DNA of 63,056 nt, the filler included, from Stramenopiles sp. TOSAG23-2 (taxonomy: Eukaryota): assembly GCA_900128395.1 (NCBI GenBank). It is 40 parts of 40 records of this genome, joined end to end, with 100 filler letters (N's around TTAATTAATTAA, not from the genome) between each part and the next. Parts side by side here need not be neighbours in the genome. Positions count along the whole stretch, not along the records: positions 47,167 to 48,522 come from LT653106.1; positions 48,623 to 49,978 come from LT653107.1; positions 50,079 to 51,433 come from LT653108.1; positions 51,534 to 52,888 come from LT653109.1; positions 52,989 to 54,341 come from LT653110.1; positions 54,442 to 55,794 come from LT653111.1; positions 55,895 to 57,247 come from LT653112.1; positions 57,348 to 58,700 come from LT653113.1; 32 more parts are not named here. One strand, given 5' to 3'. Below the pieces are notes generated by a model. The model worked only from the letters and a program-made list of their open reading frames with translations. It searched no databases and had not been told where the DNA came from. This document shows positions 47,602-59,529 of the stretch, one piece after another (position 1 is the stretch's first letter; every line of letters starts with the position of its first letter). Both the position numbers and the translations under genes were made by a program.

Positions 47602-48372
47602 TTAGGCTTTATCAAAACCATATTTCTCTCTTATTCTTGGCCAATGTTTGAGGAATTTTTTCTTCTTTTTCTTTGCCCAACTTGGTCTTTCACCTAAACA
47701 CTTACTAGGATCCTTCCCAGCAGTTACAATGATGGGATGTAAAAATTCACGAATATCAGGGTAGTCCTGTTTAATATTATATTTATATTTTAATTCTTTT
47801 TTTAAAGCCAATTCAATATTTAAATCTTCAAATTTCTTATATACAGTTGTTTTGTTGTTACGCGACAAGGCTTTATCCATTAACTTGGCATTTTTATTTG
47901 TTACAAGTGATACATATGTAATCAAATTATCGCTATATTGCGATGGCCCTTTTTTTACTTCTTTCAAAAACTCGACTTGTTCTATATTTAATCCAAACAT
48001 AGAGGATAGTGACTGTTCACATTTGTTATATGCAGTTTCCATAAAATTAAGATTTTCCTCAAAGGCTTGATACAAAGCCTTATCATTTATGAAAAATAAT
48101 GCAGCAACTTTATCCTTTACTTCACGTACTATCCATAATGCAACCCGGCGATTACCCTGCTTCTTGTGTAAGCGAGGGTTATTGTTGTTGTTGTTATTGT
48201 TTATATCAGTATCATACCGAGATAAGATTTTATTTTGACCCATAGTCAATTGTCTATTTGTTAGACGCAAATACCATTTGGAATGTCTATATGAATCAAA
48301 AAAGCTAACCAAGGTAACAATAAAAATAATAAACAAAATTGTTGAAAATCTTGTTGATTTGAAACGATACAT
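47602..48372 (-). CDS. Hypothetical type II membrane protein
   Basis: N-terminal hydrophobic anchor ILFIIFIVTLVSFF; complete 256-aa ORF. Confidence 0.6.
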   Translation of the reverse strand: MYRFKSTRFSTILFIIFIVTLVSFFDSYRHSKWYLRLTNRQLTMGQNKILSRYDTDINNNNNNNNPRLHKKQGNRRVALWIVREVKDKVAALFFINDKALYQAFEENLNFMETAYNKCEQSLSSMFGLNIEQVEFLKEVKKGPSQYSDNLITYVSLVTNKNAKLMDKALSRNNKTTVYKKFEDLNIELALKKELKYKYNIKQDYPDIREFLHPIIVTAGKDPSKCLGERPSWAKKKKKKFLKHWPRIREKYGFDKA

Positions 48373-48622
48373 GTGTATATATACAATTGTATTTTAAAAT
48401 ATATAACTGTTCTATAGACGTATGTATATATATATAATTTTCAATTATGAATAGTCGTCTGGTGTGGTAGTCGTCACCTGTTATTATATATATTTCAAAT
48501 AATATTATCTTCTTATATATTANNNNNNNNNNNNNNNNNNNNNNNNNNNNNNNNNNNNNNNNNNNNTTAATTAATTAANNNNNNNNNNNNNNNNNNNNNN
48601 NNNNNNNNNNNNNNNNNNNNNN

Positions 48623-49800
48623 ACTTTTCTCCGAGAGTTTACATGTATAATTATGTTTTTAAAGAAAAGTGCTGAAAAAAAAATTTTAATCGCACGTTAG
48701 CATGGAGTTAGTATTAGAGCACTTTTTCATCGAAATGGTGAAAATCGAGAAAGGTTGAAAATTTTCATTGAAGTTATTCATATTAGACCTTGAAACGTTG
48801 CATGTCCGTTATTTATTACATATAGAATGTCTGCAGGTTGTGGTCTGGGCAGTTTAGCTGTAGAACCATGCTTATTAAAAATATCGTGCATTTTGATCAT
48901 TTACGTTAGGGTTAGAGATGCTAGCACTACTCAGCATTGCGGGGTCATACCCGTACATGACGGGACCTCTCACTCTATTTTTCAACACCAACATACACTC
49001 ACACAAATGCCATTTCTACACTTTCCCATTATATACAAAGCTGAAACCAATACCTAAAAGTCATATACTAACAAAAATATCGTGCAATTTGATCATTTAC
49101 GTTAGGGTTAGAGATGCTAGCACTACTCAGCACTGTGGGGTCATACCCGTACATGACGGGACCTCTCACTCTATTTTTCAACACCAACATACACACACAC
49201 GAATGCCATTTCTACACTTTCCCATTATATACAAAGCTGAAACCAATACCTAAAAGTCGTATACTGATCCCCTGAACAATCCCCGACCGTTCTCCTGTCC
49301 ATACATCACATATAAGTCGAGCTTGACATCGATATGTAATTTTCAAGATCGGGTTAGTTTAGGGTTACAGACCAAAAAATGACCAAAATATTGAAATTTT
49401 TTCAGAAATATCACCAAAATACAATGTGTCAATTTTTTCTATCTAAATCTTCTACAAATTAATTCGAAATAAGATACATCTCTCAACACATGTCTAAAGG
49501 AAAGAAGTACATGAATATTTTGATCTAATTATGTTTTAAATGAAACTGACAAGGTAACGAATTTTTTTCAAAATGGTGATTTTTTTTTAAATTAGTATGG
49601 ACATAGGCTGGACTAAAAATGAAATATTTGAAAATTACAAAAGGTAGTTTTTTTTATATACAGATACATAATTTCAGCAAAATAAGTATCTACGATCAAT
49701 TTTGATATGCTTGATAATAAATGTACTAGATATCTTAATATTATTGTATCTAATTCACATTTGAATTACCGTTAAAAGTTGAAAAAAACGCGTAACCCTG
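48623..49800 (+). repeat. Non-coding dispersed repeat, copy A, with an internal 196-bp tandem duplication (48877/49073)
   Basis: Colinear with 50416-51429, with scattered substitutions. Confidence 0.88.
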
Positions 49801-50415
49801 TAGCTGTAACTCTACTTGATAGGCGATTTTCACTTGTAGTGTCGGCTCTGTCTTACACTCTTTAGTACAAAATTATTATACTAAATTATTGATAGGTTTC
49901 AATATTCCAAAAACGATATTTATAATTTATGTAAAAAAGTGAATTTCCATCTAAAATATGATATTTTGTATGATTTCANNNNNNNNNNNNNNNNNNNNNN
50001 NNNNNNNNNNNNNNNNNNNNNNTTAATTAATTAANNNNNNNNNNNNNNNNNNNNNNNNNNNNNNNNNNNNNNNNNNNNCATAGTAAGGGTACTTTGACAT
50101 GCAATTGAAACGTCGTTAGTAAAGTATGTTCCTAACACTCAGTTGTCATCAACTTACTCTTAGGTTTGGCTTTATACATGTACAAATGAGAATCGAACCT
50201 ACTTTTGTATTAATATTTTCATTGACTGGAGATATATTGTGTCAACTATACCCCATTTTGCAATGCATTCTCATATGGCTGAAAAAGACCTAGAAATCCA
50301 AACCGATTTTAAATCACAACAATTCTAACAGGAGCTAGAATTCTTCATTTGAAACATGCAACATAAAAAATTTTGATAAAATATCGTAGATTCTATATTG
50401 TAGGTGATATATTTA

Positions 50416-51429
50416 ACTTTTCTCTGAGAGTTTACATGTATAATTATGTTTTCAAACAAAAGTGCTGCAATTTTTTTTTAAATCACACGTTAGCATGGAG
50501 TTAGTATTAGAGCACTTTTCCATCCAAATGGTGAAAATCATGAAAGGTTAAAAACTTTCATTGAAGTTATCAAAATTATTGAAAACTTTCATTGAAGTTA
50601 TTAATATTAGACTTTAAAACGTTGCATATCCGTTATTTATTACATATACAATGTCTGTAGGTTGTGGTCTGGGGAGTTTGAATGTAGAACTATGCTTACT
50701 AAAAATATCGTGCATTTTGATCATTTACGTTAGGGTTAGAGATGCTAGCATTACTCAGCATTGCGGGGTCATACCCGTACATGACGGGACCTCTCACTCT
50801 ATTTTTCAACACCAACATACACTCACACAAATGCCATTTCTACACTTTCCCATTATATACAAAGCTGAAACCAATACCTAAAAGTCATATACTAACCACC
50901 TAAACAATTTCCGATCGTTCTCCTGCCCATGCACCACATATAAGTCGAGCTTTACACTGATATGTGATTTTCAAGATCGGGTTAGTTTAGGGTTACAGAC
51001 CAAAAAAATGACCAAAATATTGAAATTTTTTCAGAAATATCACCAAAATACAATGTGTCGATTTTTTCTATCTAAATCTTCTACAAATTAATTCGAAATA
51101 AGACACATCTCTTAACACATCCCTAAAGGAAAGAAGTGCATACATAATTTGATCTAAATACGTTTTAAATGAAACTTATAATGTAACGAATTTTTTTCAA
51201 AATGGAGATTTTTTTCCAAATTAGTATGGACATAGGCTGGACTACAAATGGAAAATTTCAAATTTACAAAAGGTAGTTTATTATATATAAATATACATGG
51301 CTTTAGCAAAATAAGTATCCATGATCAATTTTGATATGCTTGGTGATAAATATACGAGATATATCAATATTCTTGTTTCGACTTCATATTTGAATAACCG
51401 TTAAAAGTTGAAAAAAACGCGTAACCCTA
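50416..51429 (+). repeat. Non-coding dispersed repeat, copy B
   Basis: Homologous to 48623-49800; one copy of the 196-bp unit; TAGGGTTAC (50988) / GTAACCCTA (51421) inverted pair. Confidence 0.88.
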
Positions 51430-51533
51430 CACTNNNNNNNNNNNNNNNNNNNNNNNNNNNNNNNNNNNNNNNNNNNNTTAATTAATTAANNNNNNNNNNN
51501 NNNNNNNNNNNNNNNNNNNNNNNNNNNNNNNNN

Positions 51534-52888
51534 TTGTAGTATCCAGCCGGAACTAGTTGACTAATATACATTTGACCAGTAGCTGCATCAATGTAAAAGT
51601 AGGCATTTGAATTTCCGGAAATAATTTCAAAAGCATGGTTTTGATTTCGATCTTGATCATAAAATACGATGGGCTTCCCAACTTTACTGCCCGCAGTAGA
51701 TTTACTATAAATACTTCTTTCCTGTACAGCCATCGATGGTTCCTCATTGGCATCTAATAGATGCGTAATAACCTTTGCAGTTGCTTTCAAACCATCACTG
51801 TCTGTTGCAGATACTTCCATATTAAACTTTTTACTTGATGAGGTTTCATAGTCTAAATCACTAGTACCACCACCAGATGCACCAGAAAATTTAACGTTAT
51901 CTATTGCAAACGATTCATCATTTTTATTCTGATTTAATGTTGTATAGACTTTAACCACTGCATTGTTTCTAGTAACTTTGGTACTGCATTTTGCACTTAC
52001 CTTTGAATCTTTCCATCTTTTATTACTTCCAGTTCCACAAACATCGTTTCCATTTCTAGTGTAGATCTTTCTACTAGTCCAACATGTGACACCATTTATA
52101 GAAATTTTAGCTACTTCTCCGTCCCAAGAATCGATTGCAAGTAAATCAAGTGTCAAATCATATATAGTCCCTGCAACTAAACCGGTGAAAGTTTTTTCAA
52201 TTGTCGCATCTTTCCCTTTTTGACCGTAGCCCCCGCAAATGTTACCATAGGAACCGCAACTGGTAATAGCACCACATGACCATCCATCCAAATTGCTATT
52301 TTCAAAATTTGATAGCAAACGATTAGAATTTTTCACAACAAGTTGGCCGCTTGCAGAACCTAATGAAAATGGCACGCCAGATGACTCTAATTTGTACGTA
52401 ATAATTTCATCGTCATCAGGATCAATCGCTTTTATAGGATCCCCAACGTTTACGCCATCCGGTGTATTTTCAAATACAGAATATTCATATTTTTTCAACA
52501 TTGTTGGTGCTTCATTGACATTTAGAATGTACACATTTACTTTTGAAACGGATGTTCTCCGTGGAAAACCGCTATCAATAATTCTTACCTTTAAAGTATA
52601 TTTGTTGATTTTTTCAAAATCCAATTGTTTTACAGTTGCATATAAAAGCCCAGATGATTCATCTATGCTAAATGCATTTTCAACATTTCCGCCAATTAAT
52701 TTATAAGTAATTTGGTTATGGAACATATCAGGATCTACTGCTGAAATTGCTGAGGATACCAATGCAGTGGTATCTGAATTGCATTTTAACAATATTGTTT
52801 TACGATCAATTGTTGATTTGCTTTGGCCACTGACGCATGTATGGTAGTTATTTCCACCCCCTTCAACGTCGCAACCTTTTTCTCCTTT
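51534..52888 (-). CDS. Internal fragment of a cadherin-repeat protein
   Basis: DPD, LDFE/LDYE, NVNEAP/DANEEP and VFEN calcium-binding motifs over about 3 repeats; an inserted Cys/Gly domain containing IDSWDGE. Confidence 0.88.
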
Positions 52889-52988
52889 NNNNNNNNNNNN
52901 NNNNNNNNNNNNNNNNNNNNNNNNNNNNNNNNTTAATTAATTAANNNNNNNNNNNNNNNNNNNNNNNNNNNNNNNNNNNNNNNNNNNN

Positions 52989-53531
52989 ATGAAAGTTCAA
53001 AATATGTTGGGAATACGTTCAACATATGACGTAAAAACAACTGATACAATTGAAGAGTTAATGAAATTAACTAAGGAAGGATCGAAATATGGCGGAGCTG
53101 AACGTATGGCAAGATCTGCTGGTCAAGGGAATCGTGTAATGCGAGGTTTTACAAAAGAACAGAAAGCTCAACCAGTTGTTATTTGGAATTGGTTATTAGC
53201 TGAAAGTGATCAAACAAAAAGGAAAAGTGATCAAGGATATGGTAATCGTATGATGGAAATGCTTGCACAAAATGGTGGTGGGATCATGGATATTGGTATT
53301 CCAATGGCGAATTTACCAGGTGAAAAAATAAATTTAAAATGGTCATCAATTGCGGGTGTACATTATCCAACACGTGATTTCATGGCTGATTTGATACGTT
53401 CTAGATGGATGGTTGGTAATATTCAAACTAAATCATTAGGTGATTCATTGAATTATTTAACCGTCCCGTTTTCTAGTACATTGGATTTAAAAGAACCCTT
53501 ACCAACTTTGCCAATGAGTGCAGCTTTGTAG
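52989..53531 (+). CDS. 3' part of a hypothetical protein
   Basis: Open from the contig start, 180 aa, globular composition. Confidence 0.55.
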   Translation: MKVQNMLGIRSTYDVKTTDTIEELMKLTKEGSKYGGAERMARSAGQGNRVMRGFTKEQKAQPVVIWNWLLAESDQTKRKSDQGYGNRMMEMLAQNGGGIMDIGIPMANLPGEKINLKWSSIAGVHYPTRDFMADLIRSRWMVGNIQTKSLGDSLNYLTVPFSSTLDLKEPLPTLPMSAAL

Positions 53532-53703
53532 AGATGATGTGAGTTTTAGGAGGAGTTGTTGTGTGTAAATGTATTATTGGCCATTATTTAAATTAGGGTA
53601 TAAATATTTATATTTATGTGAAAAAAAAAATATAAATCAAACAATCTATAAAAAACATAAAATTTTACACAGACGCGCGCATTTAAATATTAAAATGTAT
53701 GTG

Positions 53704-54000
53704 CTAAAGTTTGTGAGCTTCAATGTACTGCTGCACTATCACCAGGTGAAAATTAACAAAGTACATAATTTTTTTATCTACGACAAGCGTGCAAGTGCTT
53801 CGATAGCCTATCTCACTAGAAATTGGACATATGAAATGTTCAGGTATTGGTATTGCATTGCCACCATTACTTTGACTATTATTTATCATAGTCGTCGTAG
53901 TCGTTGTAGTGGTAGTAGTAGTCGTCGTCAAATCAATCATCGAAGAGGACGATGAAGATAATGGCATAATTGTAGCAAACACGGATGAAGATGATGCCAT
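53704..54000 (-). pseudogene. U-box N-terminal fragment (first exon or truncated gene)
   Basis: IPEHFICPISSEI, after which U-box similarity is lost. Confidence 0.5.
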
Positions 54001-54574
54001 AGTAGCAAAGCAAATATATCAGTATATATATAGGCGCACAAAATTCCAATATCAATATCAATATATATAACAATCGATGTATACAAATTCTTTTTCTCTT
54101 TCTAATATTTTCATCATTCATCTTCTATATATAGTTTATATAATTTTTAATCATTCAATAATCTTAAAAGAATCTATAACAATTTCTAAATTCATCAACG
54201 AACATCGACGAAATTTTATAAAAATAATAAAATGCACTGCTGACTGAAGTTGATTAGAGCACAATAATTAGAAAATTTCAGATTTGTTTTAGGCAATCCC
54301 TTAAAAAAAACCTCTCCAAAACATATTGCGGATGGAAAGCGNNNNNNNNNNNNNNNNNNNNNNNNNNNNNNNNNNNNNNNNNNNNTTAATTAATTAANNN
54401 NNNNNNNNNNNNNNNNNNNNNNNNNNNNNNNNNNNNNNNNNAGACGATTATATTTCTCTTAAGCAGGTTAGAATGTTGGCCAACCTCTGGCAGGATTTCA
54501 TGGCCAACCTCTGGCAGGATTTCACATTTTTCCAGGATTTTTCTAACAAATGTACTTCTTCTTCAAAAAATCAG

Positions 54575-55521
54575 GCTCCGTATATGCATGGGGATTTTCA
54601 AACCATGGAAAATTAGGTATAGGTGTAATGGAACGTAAAGGCATTGAAAGGCCGTTTAGTAGATTTTTCCCAACACCAATTTTAATAAGTAAATTGCAAC
54701 GTAAACGTGTACGGCAAGTTGCATGTGGTCCAAACCATTCATTGGCATTGACGGATTTAGAAGTTTTTTCATGGGGTAGTGGGGATGGGGGTAGATTAGG
54801 ATTAGGCGATGATAAGGATAGGGGTTTACCTGTATCGATTGAATCCTTGAAAGGTCACATCATTTTGCAAATTTCTGCTGGTAATTGGCATAATGCAGCA
54901 GTTATTTTGATACCACCTATGATAGAAGCAGGATATTGTTACACATGGGGTTCTGGGCATTGTGGACAATTAGGACAAGGTGAAGTAACATTAATGAGAG
55001 AACCAAAATTAGTCAATACATTATTAGATCAACATGTCAATGTTACACGTGTTAAATGTGGTTCCTATCACACTGTATGCATGACAGATTCCGATGAATT
55101 GTATTCATTTGGCAGTAATAAATATGGTGCATTAGGTTGTGAACCGGAAATGGCACCAAAGTTAGGATATACCCCAAAAGCATTGCCAATTCGTAGTTTT
55201 AATACGATGATAAATAGAATTGGACGTGGTGTTGTTCGAGATTTTGATGTTGGTGCATATATGACCGTAGTTTGTACATTTCCATATAATGGACCAACGG
55301 AAGATCAATTATTAGCAATGGAGGAAGAAGCAGAGATGAGAGCAGAGGAAGAAGCTGCTGAACGTGAACGAGAGGAAAGGGAGAAACAACGACAAAAAAT
55401 GAAAACACAACAAGCATTAGAGCAAAAATTAGCAGATGAAGCAAAGATGGCTGAATTGGCTAGGAATACGGAAGATGATAATACGCAAACGATGAGTGAT
55501 AAGCCGATTTATGCGAGGTAA
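54575..55521 (+). CDS. Last exon of an RCC1-repeat protein
   Basis: VYAWG..HGKLG, VACGPNHS, SWGSGDGGRLG and TWGSGHCGQLG; branch-like TTCTAAC at 54541 and CAG acceptor at 54572-54574. Confidence 0.9.
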
Positions 55522-55912
55522 AAGGAAGAGAGAGAGAGACAGGGGTAAAAAATAAATATATGATAAAAAAGTCTTCTTTTGTGTGTTGTTATAACTGCTT
55601 CTTATTCTTTTTTGGATACTAATACGTATCAAAATCCGAACCGCCTATCAAATGACAATAATTTATACTTGAAATGGAAATTAGAATATCAAAAAATTAC
55701 GCATCACAAATGAATTTTGATGAAAATAATTTATTAATAAATACAAAGTTTCTTCAGAGTAAGAGAGATAGTCGTCTATATATGTGTAGATTGTNNNNNN
55801 NNNNNNNNNNNNNNNNNNNNNNNNNNNNNNNNNNNNNNTTAATTAATTAANNNNNNNNNNNNNNNNNNNNNNNNNNNNNNNNNNNNNNNNNNNNCTGTAA
55901 TATATATAATTA

Positions 55913-57247
55913 ATGTCCAATAAATTTTTATCATCACAGGGAAATAATGATATCATAGGTTTTTTAAAAAACAATGTAACGGAAGCTAGAAGTGCTATTC
56001 AATTAATACCTAATGCTCACATTCAAGCTTATGATGCTACTTTACAAAGTTTAGCTAATTTATCGACTACAAATAATAAATTAATTAAGAGCACCGGAAC
56101 GGACCAATTTACTACTATTAGCATTTCAAGTCACGGTGAGACAGCTTTAGTCAGCAATGAAGCCTTATTAACAAATAGTGATTTATCTAATTATGTAACT
56201 TCAACATCATTAACAACGACATTAAATGATTATGTTTTAACGACAGCACTAAATACAACATTAGCTTATTATTCCACTACGGCTAGTATTAATACTACAT
56301 TAAATGATTATGTTTTAACGACAGCATTAAATACGACATTAGCTGATTATTCCACTACGACTAGTATTAATACTACATTAAATGATTATGTTTTAACGAC
56401 AGCATTAAATACAACATTAGCTGATTATTCCACTACGGCTAGTATTAATACTACATTAAATGATTATGTTTTAACGACAGCATTAAATACGACATTAGCT
56501 GATTATGTAACTACTAATACAGCACAAGATATAACAGAAGTGAAAACGATAAAAAATGATTTTGTTATAGACCAAAATAATTCTGGTGAATTACAATTTC
56601 ATTTATCATCAGGCTTACCTCCTTCCAATAAAATAACAAAAATAGTTGCTGTAGAACACGCTTCTACATCTTCCCCAATCACTTTATCTTTGCCCTCTGT
56701 TAAGTCTGGAGCAACAAGCGACCAATTAGTTAGTTTAAATGCTATACAAACATTAACAGGTAAAACATTAACCTCTCCAATTATTTCTGCAATTACAAAT
56801 GGAAGTGCTACATTAACTTTACCAACTTCAACCGGAACAATAGCATTAACAAGTGATATTGGTGGTGGTTTATCCGCAAGTGATAATATAGATTTTACTG
56901 GAACAATAACTTTTACTTCTGCTCCTACCATAAGTGGAAATGCTTTATTAAAAGCAAATGATAATATTAGTTTATTAAACAACAATAGTGGGTTTATTAC
57001 AAATACCGCAAATGCTTTTAGTTATAGTAATTTAAGTGGAAAACCAACTATACCAACTAATAATAATCAATTGACGAATGGTGCTTCTTATATTACAAGT
57101 GCTTCATTAACTAATTATGCTACGGCAAATAATACTTTTACAGGTTCTCATAAAATCAATAATTATGATTTAAATAATAATGCTGAAATAGAGTTTATGA
57201 GTTATACTGCTGGTGTAAATAGTGCGGATAAAGTGGTGTTAAGAAAT
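55913..57247 (+). CDS. Virion fibre/tail-fibre-like protein, 3' truncated
   Basis: 78-bp (26-aa) tandem repeat LNDYVLTTALNTTLADYSTTASINTT x~3.6 from 56222; QTLTGKTLTSP, TLTLPTSTGTIALTSDI and YSNLSGKPTIPTNNNQLTNGASYIT. Confidence 0.65.
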
Positions 57248-58081
57248 NNNNNNNNNNNNNNNNNNNNNNNNNNNNNNNNNNNNNNNNNNNNTTAATTAAT
57301 TAANNNNNNNNNNNNNNNNNNNNNNNNNNNNNNNNNNNNNNNNNNNNGCATGTGATACAATGTGCAAGACAATATATTGAGAAATTCATAAAATAAAATA
57401 TTAAAATATTTTTTTATATATTATATGCCATAATATATATATAAAAATATTTCATAAAAAATAAAATAATATGATAAAAATTTAATATTCCATCTATCAT
57501 ATATATTTACCGTCATTTTGTATTCTCTTTTATATTCCATCTATCATATTTACCTTCATTTTGTATTCTCTTTTATATTTCATATATATGAGAATATCCA
57601 AATATTCTAGTGTGAGATTAGATATTTTACTGCCCCCTCAATTATTATATTCTTTTGAAGGAGTAGGAATTATGATGCCCGGGCATGAGTAAATTAAAAA
57701 ATAAATTTTAATTATGTCCGTAAATTAAAATAATGTAGAATAAATACCCACAATGTTTAGTAGTGATATGTATATATATATATTAAACCTCATCGGTAAT
57801 TCTTATTATACGGGAAGTTATTGACAGATTTTGTGAGATAGGTATTAATAATGATTTAAGTAATTCTCTTATTTATAGTTTAAAGATTTTATTTACTCAT
57901 AAATGTATGTATATAGTCGTAAAGACTATTGAATGGTGAATACTACTAATAGTATTAGTATTATCATGAAGTGAAAGGGAAAGATATAACCAATCCGGAA
58001 AGCCCTGTGAAAGAATTATTCGTGAATAATGATTTAATTTATGCATAATTTATTTTTTAATTTACAAAGATAATAATTAAG

Positions 58082-58168
58082 GATGGTTAAAATCTAAGTT
58101 ATAATAATTTTACTTCCCGTGCTAACCAGCTAAGTAATAGGCTCAATACTCAATCTCAAGAATAATAT
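58082..58168 (+). mobile_element. GATGGTTAAA-family MITE, diverged copy
   Basis: GATGGTTAAAATCTAAGTTATAATAATTTTAC...GCTCAATACTCAATCTCAAGAAT aligns to the reverse complement of about 45428-45508. Confidence 0.75.
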
Positions 58169-58800
58169 TCTATCCTATACTATAGTAAAGCTCTAATGCA
58201 CCTCTGCAAACTAATACTCCACAAGCATGAGTAGGTTTCTATCCTTCCATGCGCACTCGTTGAGCGCGCTGGACATCGAGTTCACTCGAAAACGATATAT
58301 ATACGAATTCGTATTTAAATATTACCTCGTAAATATAATTATTATAAAACACAAATTTTGTTGAAAGATATAAAATAAGAAATCATTCGAAAACGGTGAG
58401 GTTGTCGAAGTGAAAGATCCTGTTGTGAACAACAACCCGGTAGCTATCCGGATAAAGATCTTGAAGTGCACGGTTGTCGGCAAAAAGTCGCGGTAATAAA
58501 TAATATTTTAGGCTCAAACAGTATTATTCTTTTTGAGAAGCTATCATAGGAATTGTCATGGGTAGAAATAAAAAATTAAAATTACGCGTAGTTTATTTTA
58601 TATGTTTTTATAATTAATGCAATAACTTCTTTTTTAATTTACTCAATGATAATTCCTACTCTCCAGAAAGAATACAATAACTGAGACAAATCTATCTCAA
58701 NNNNNNNNNNNNNNNNNNNNNNNNNNNNNNNNNNNNNNNNNNNNTTAATTAATTAANNNNNNNNNNNNNNNNNNNNNNNNNNNNNNNNNNNNNNNNNNNN

Positions 58801-59529
58801 TTGTTGCATTTTCTTTTGAGTCATCTTATTTATTGTCAATGGCAAAGCAACATTTATATCCTTTTTATCATTGTTTTTATTTTGAATATCTACATTTTTT
58901 ATTAACCGTGCTTTAATATCTTTTAAAGTTTCATCACTTGATGCATCATACATAATATTTACAGAGTCCCACTGTTTATACCTTGGTTTTTCACCTTTTT
59001 GAGCTTCTGCTAAAAGTCTGGATTCCAAAAATTTGAAGTATGGACTTTTTTTTAAATTTTCACCATTCAAATTTTTGCCTCTGTAACCTGATGTGAATGA
59101 ATCTCCAATGCATAGTATTGTTTGTCCATGTTTATCATTTGAATTGTTTTTGCCACCTTTGGTTGCTTTATTTACATTTTTTTTATTACTTTTATTAGTA
59201 TTGTTATCATTATTGTACTTTGGAGGATATAAAATAGATTTGCTATTATTTTTAACATTTCGACGCTGATGAGAATTTGGAGGACGGGCTGCTGGCTTAG
59301 GTCCTCGTCTATTATTCGTATACGTATGCCTAGGAGCACTTTTGCAATGCCGTTTCAAAGGTTGAAGAGCTGGAATAGCACTAATATTTGTTGCACCAAT
59401 GGAACCAACATGTGGAGGTCCATAAGTATTTTTCCCAATTTCTTTAAAGCGTTTCCCAGTCTCTTGTATTTCCTTCTGAGCATTCCACGGTCCACCTAAA
59501 GGTTTTTTTAACAATGCATACCCACTCAT
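58801..59529 (-). CDS. 5' part of a protein with an SGNH/GDSL-like block I
   Basis: TILCIGDSFTSGY after a low-complexity N-terminus. Confidence 0.55.

Noticed and set aside
48905-48915. GTTAGGGTTAG, whose reverse complement equals a CUAACCCUAAC telomerase template
   Set aside because: It is an 11-mer in a multicopy TE-like repeat with no recognisable pseudoknot or promoter; too weak to call telomerase RNA or a telomere.
48827-50881. ORFs 48827-49057, 48918-49253 and 50651-50881, conserved between copies
   Set aside because: Conservation follows the DNA repeat; short, no domain, no coding-like composition.
54478-54523. 24-bp tandem GGCCAACCTCTGGCAGGATTTCA x2
   Set aside because: Two adjacent copies with no spacer in a probable intron; not CRISPR, and too little to call an element.
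57348-58080. Possible RNA gene in the ORF-free contig
   Set aside because: No tRNA cloverleaf, rRNA or snRNA motif recognised; only AT-rich sequence and a short tandem duplication near 57485-57580.
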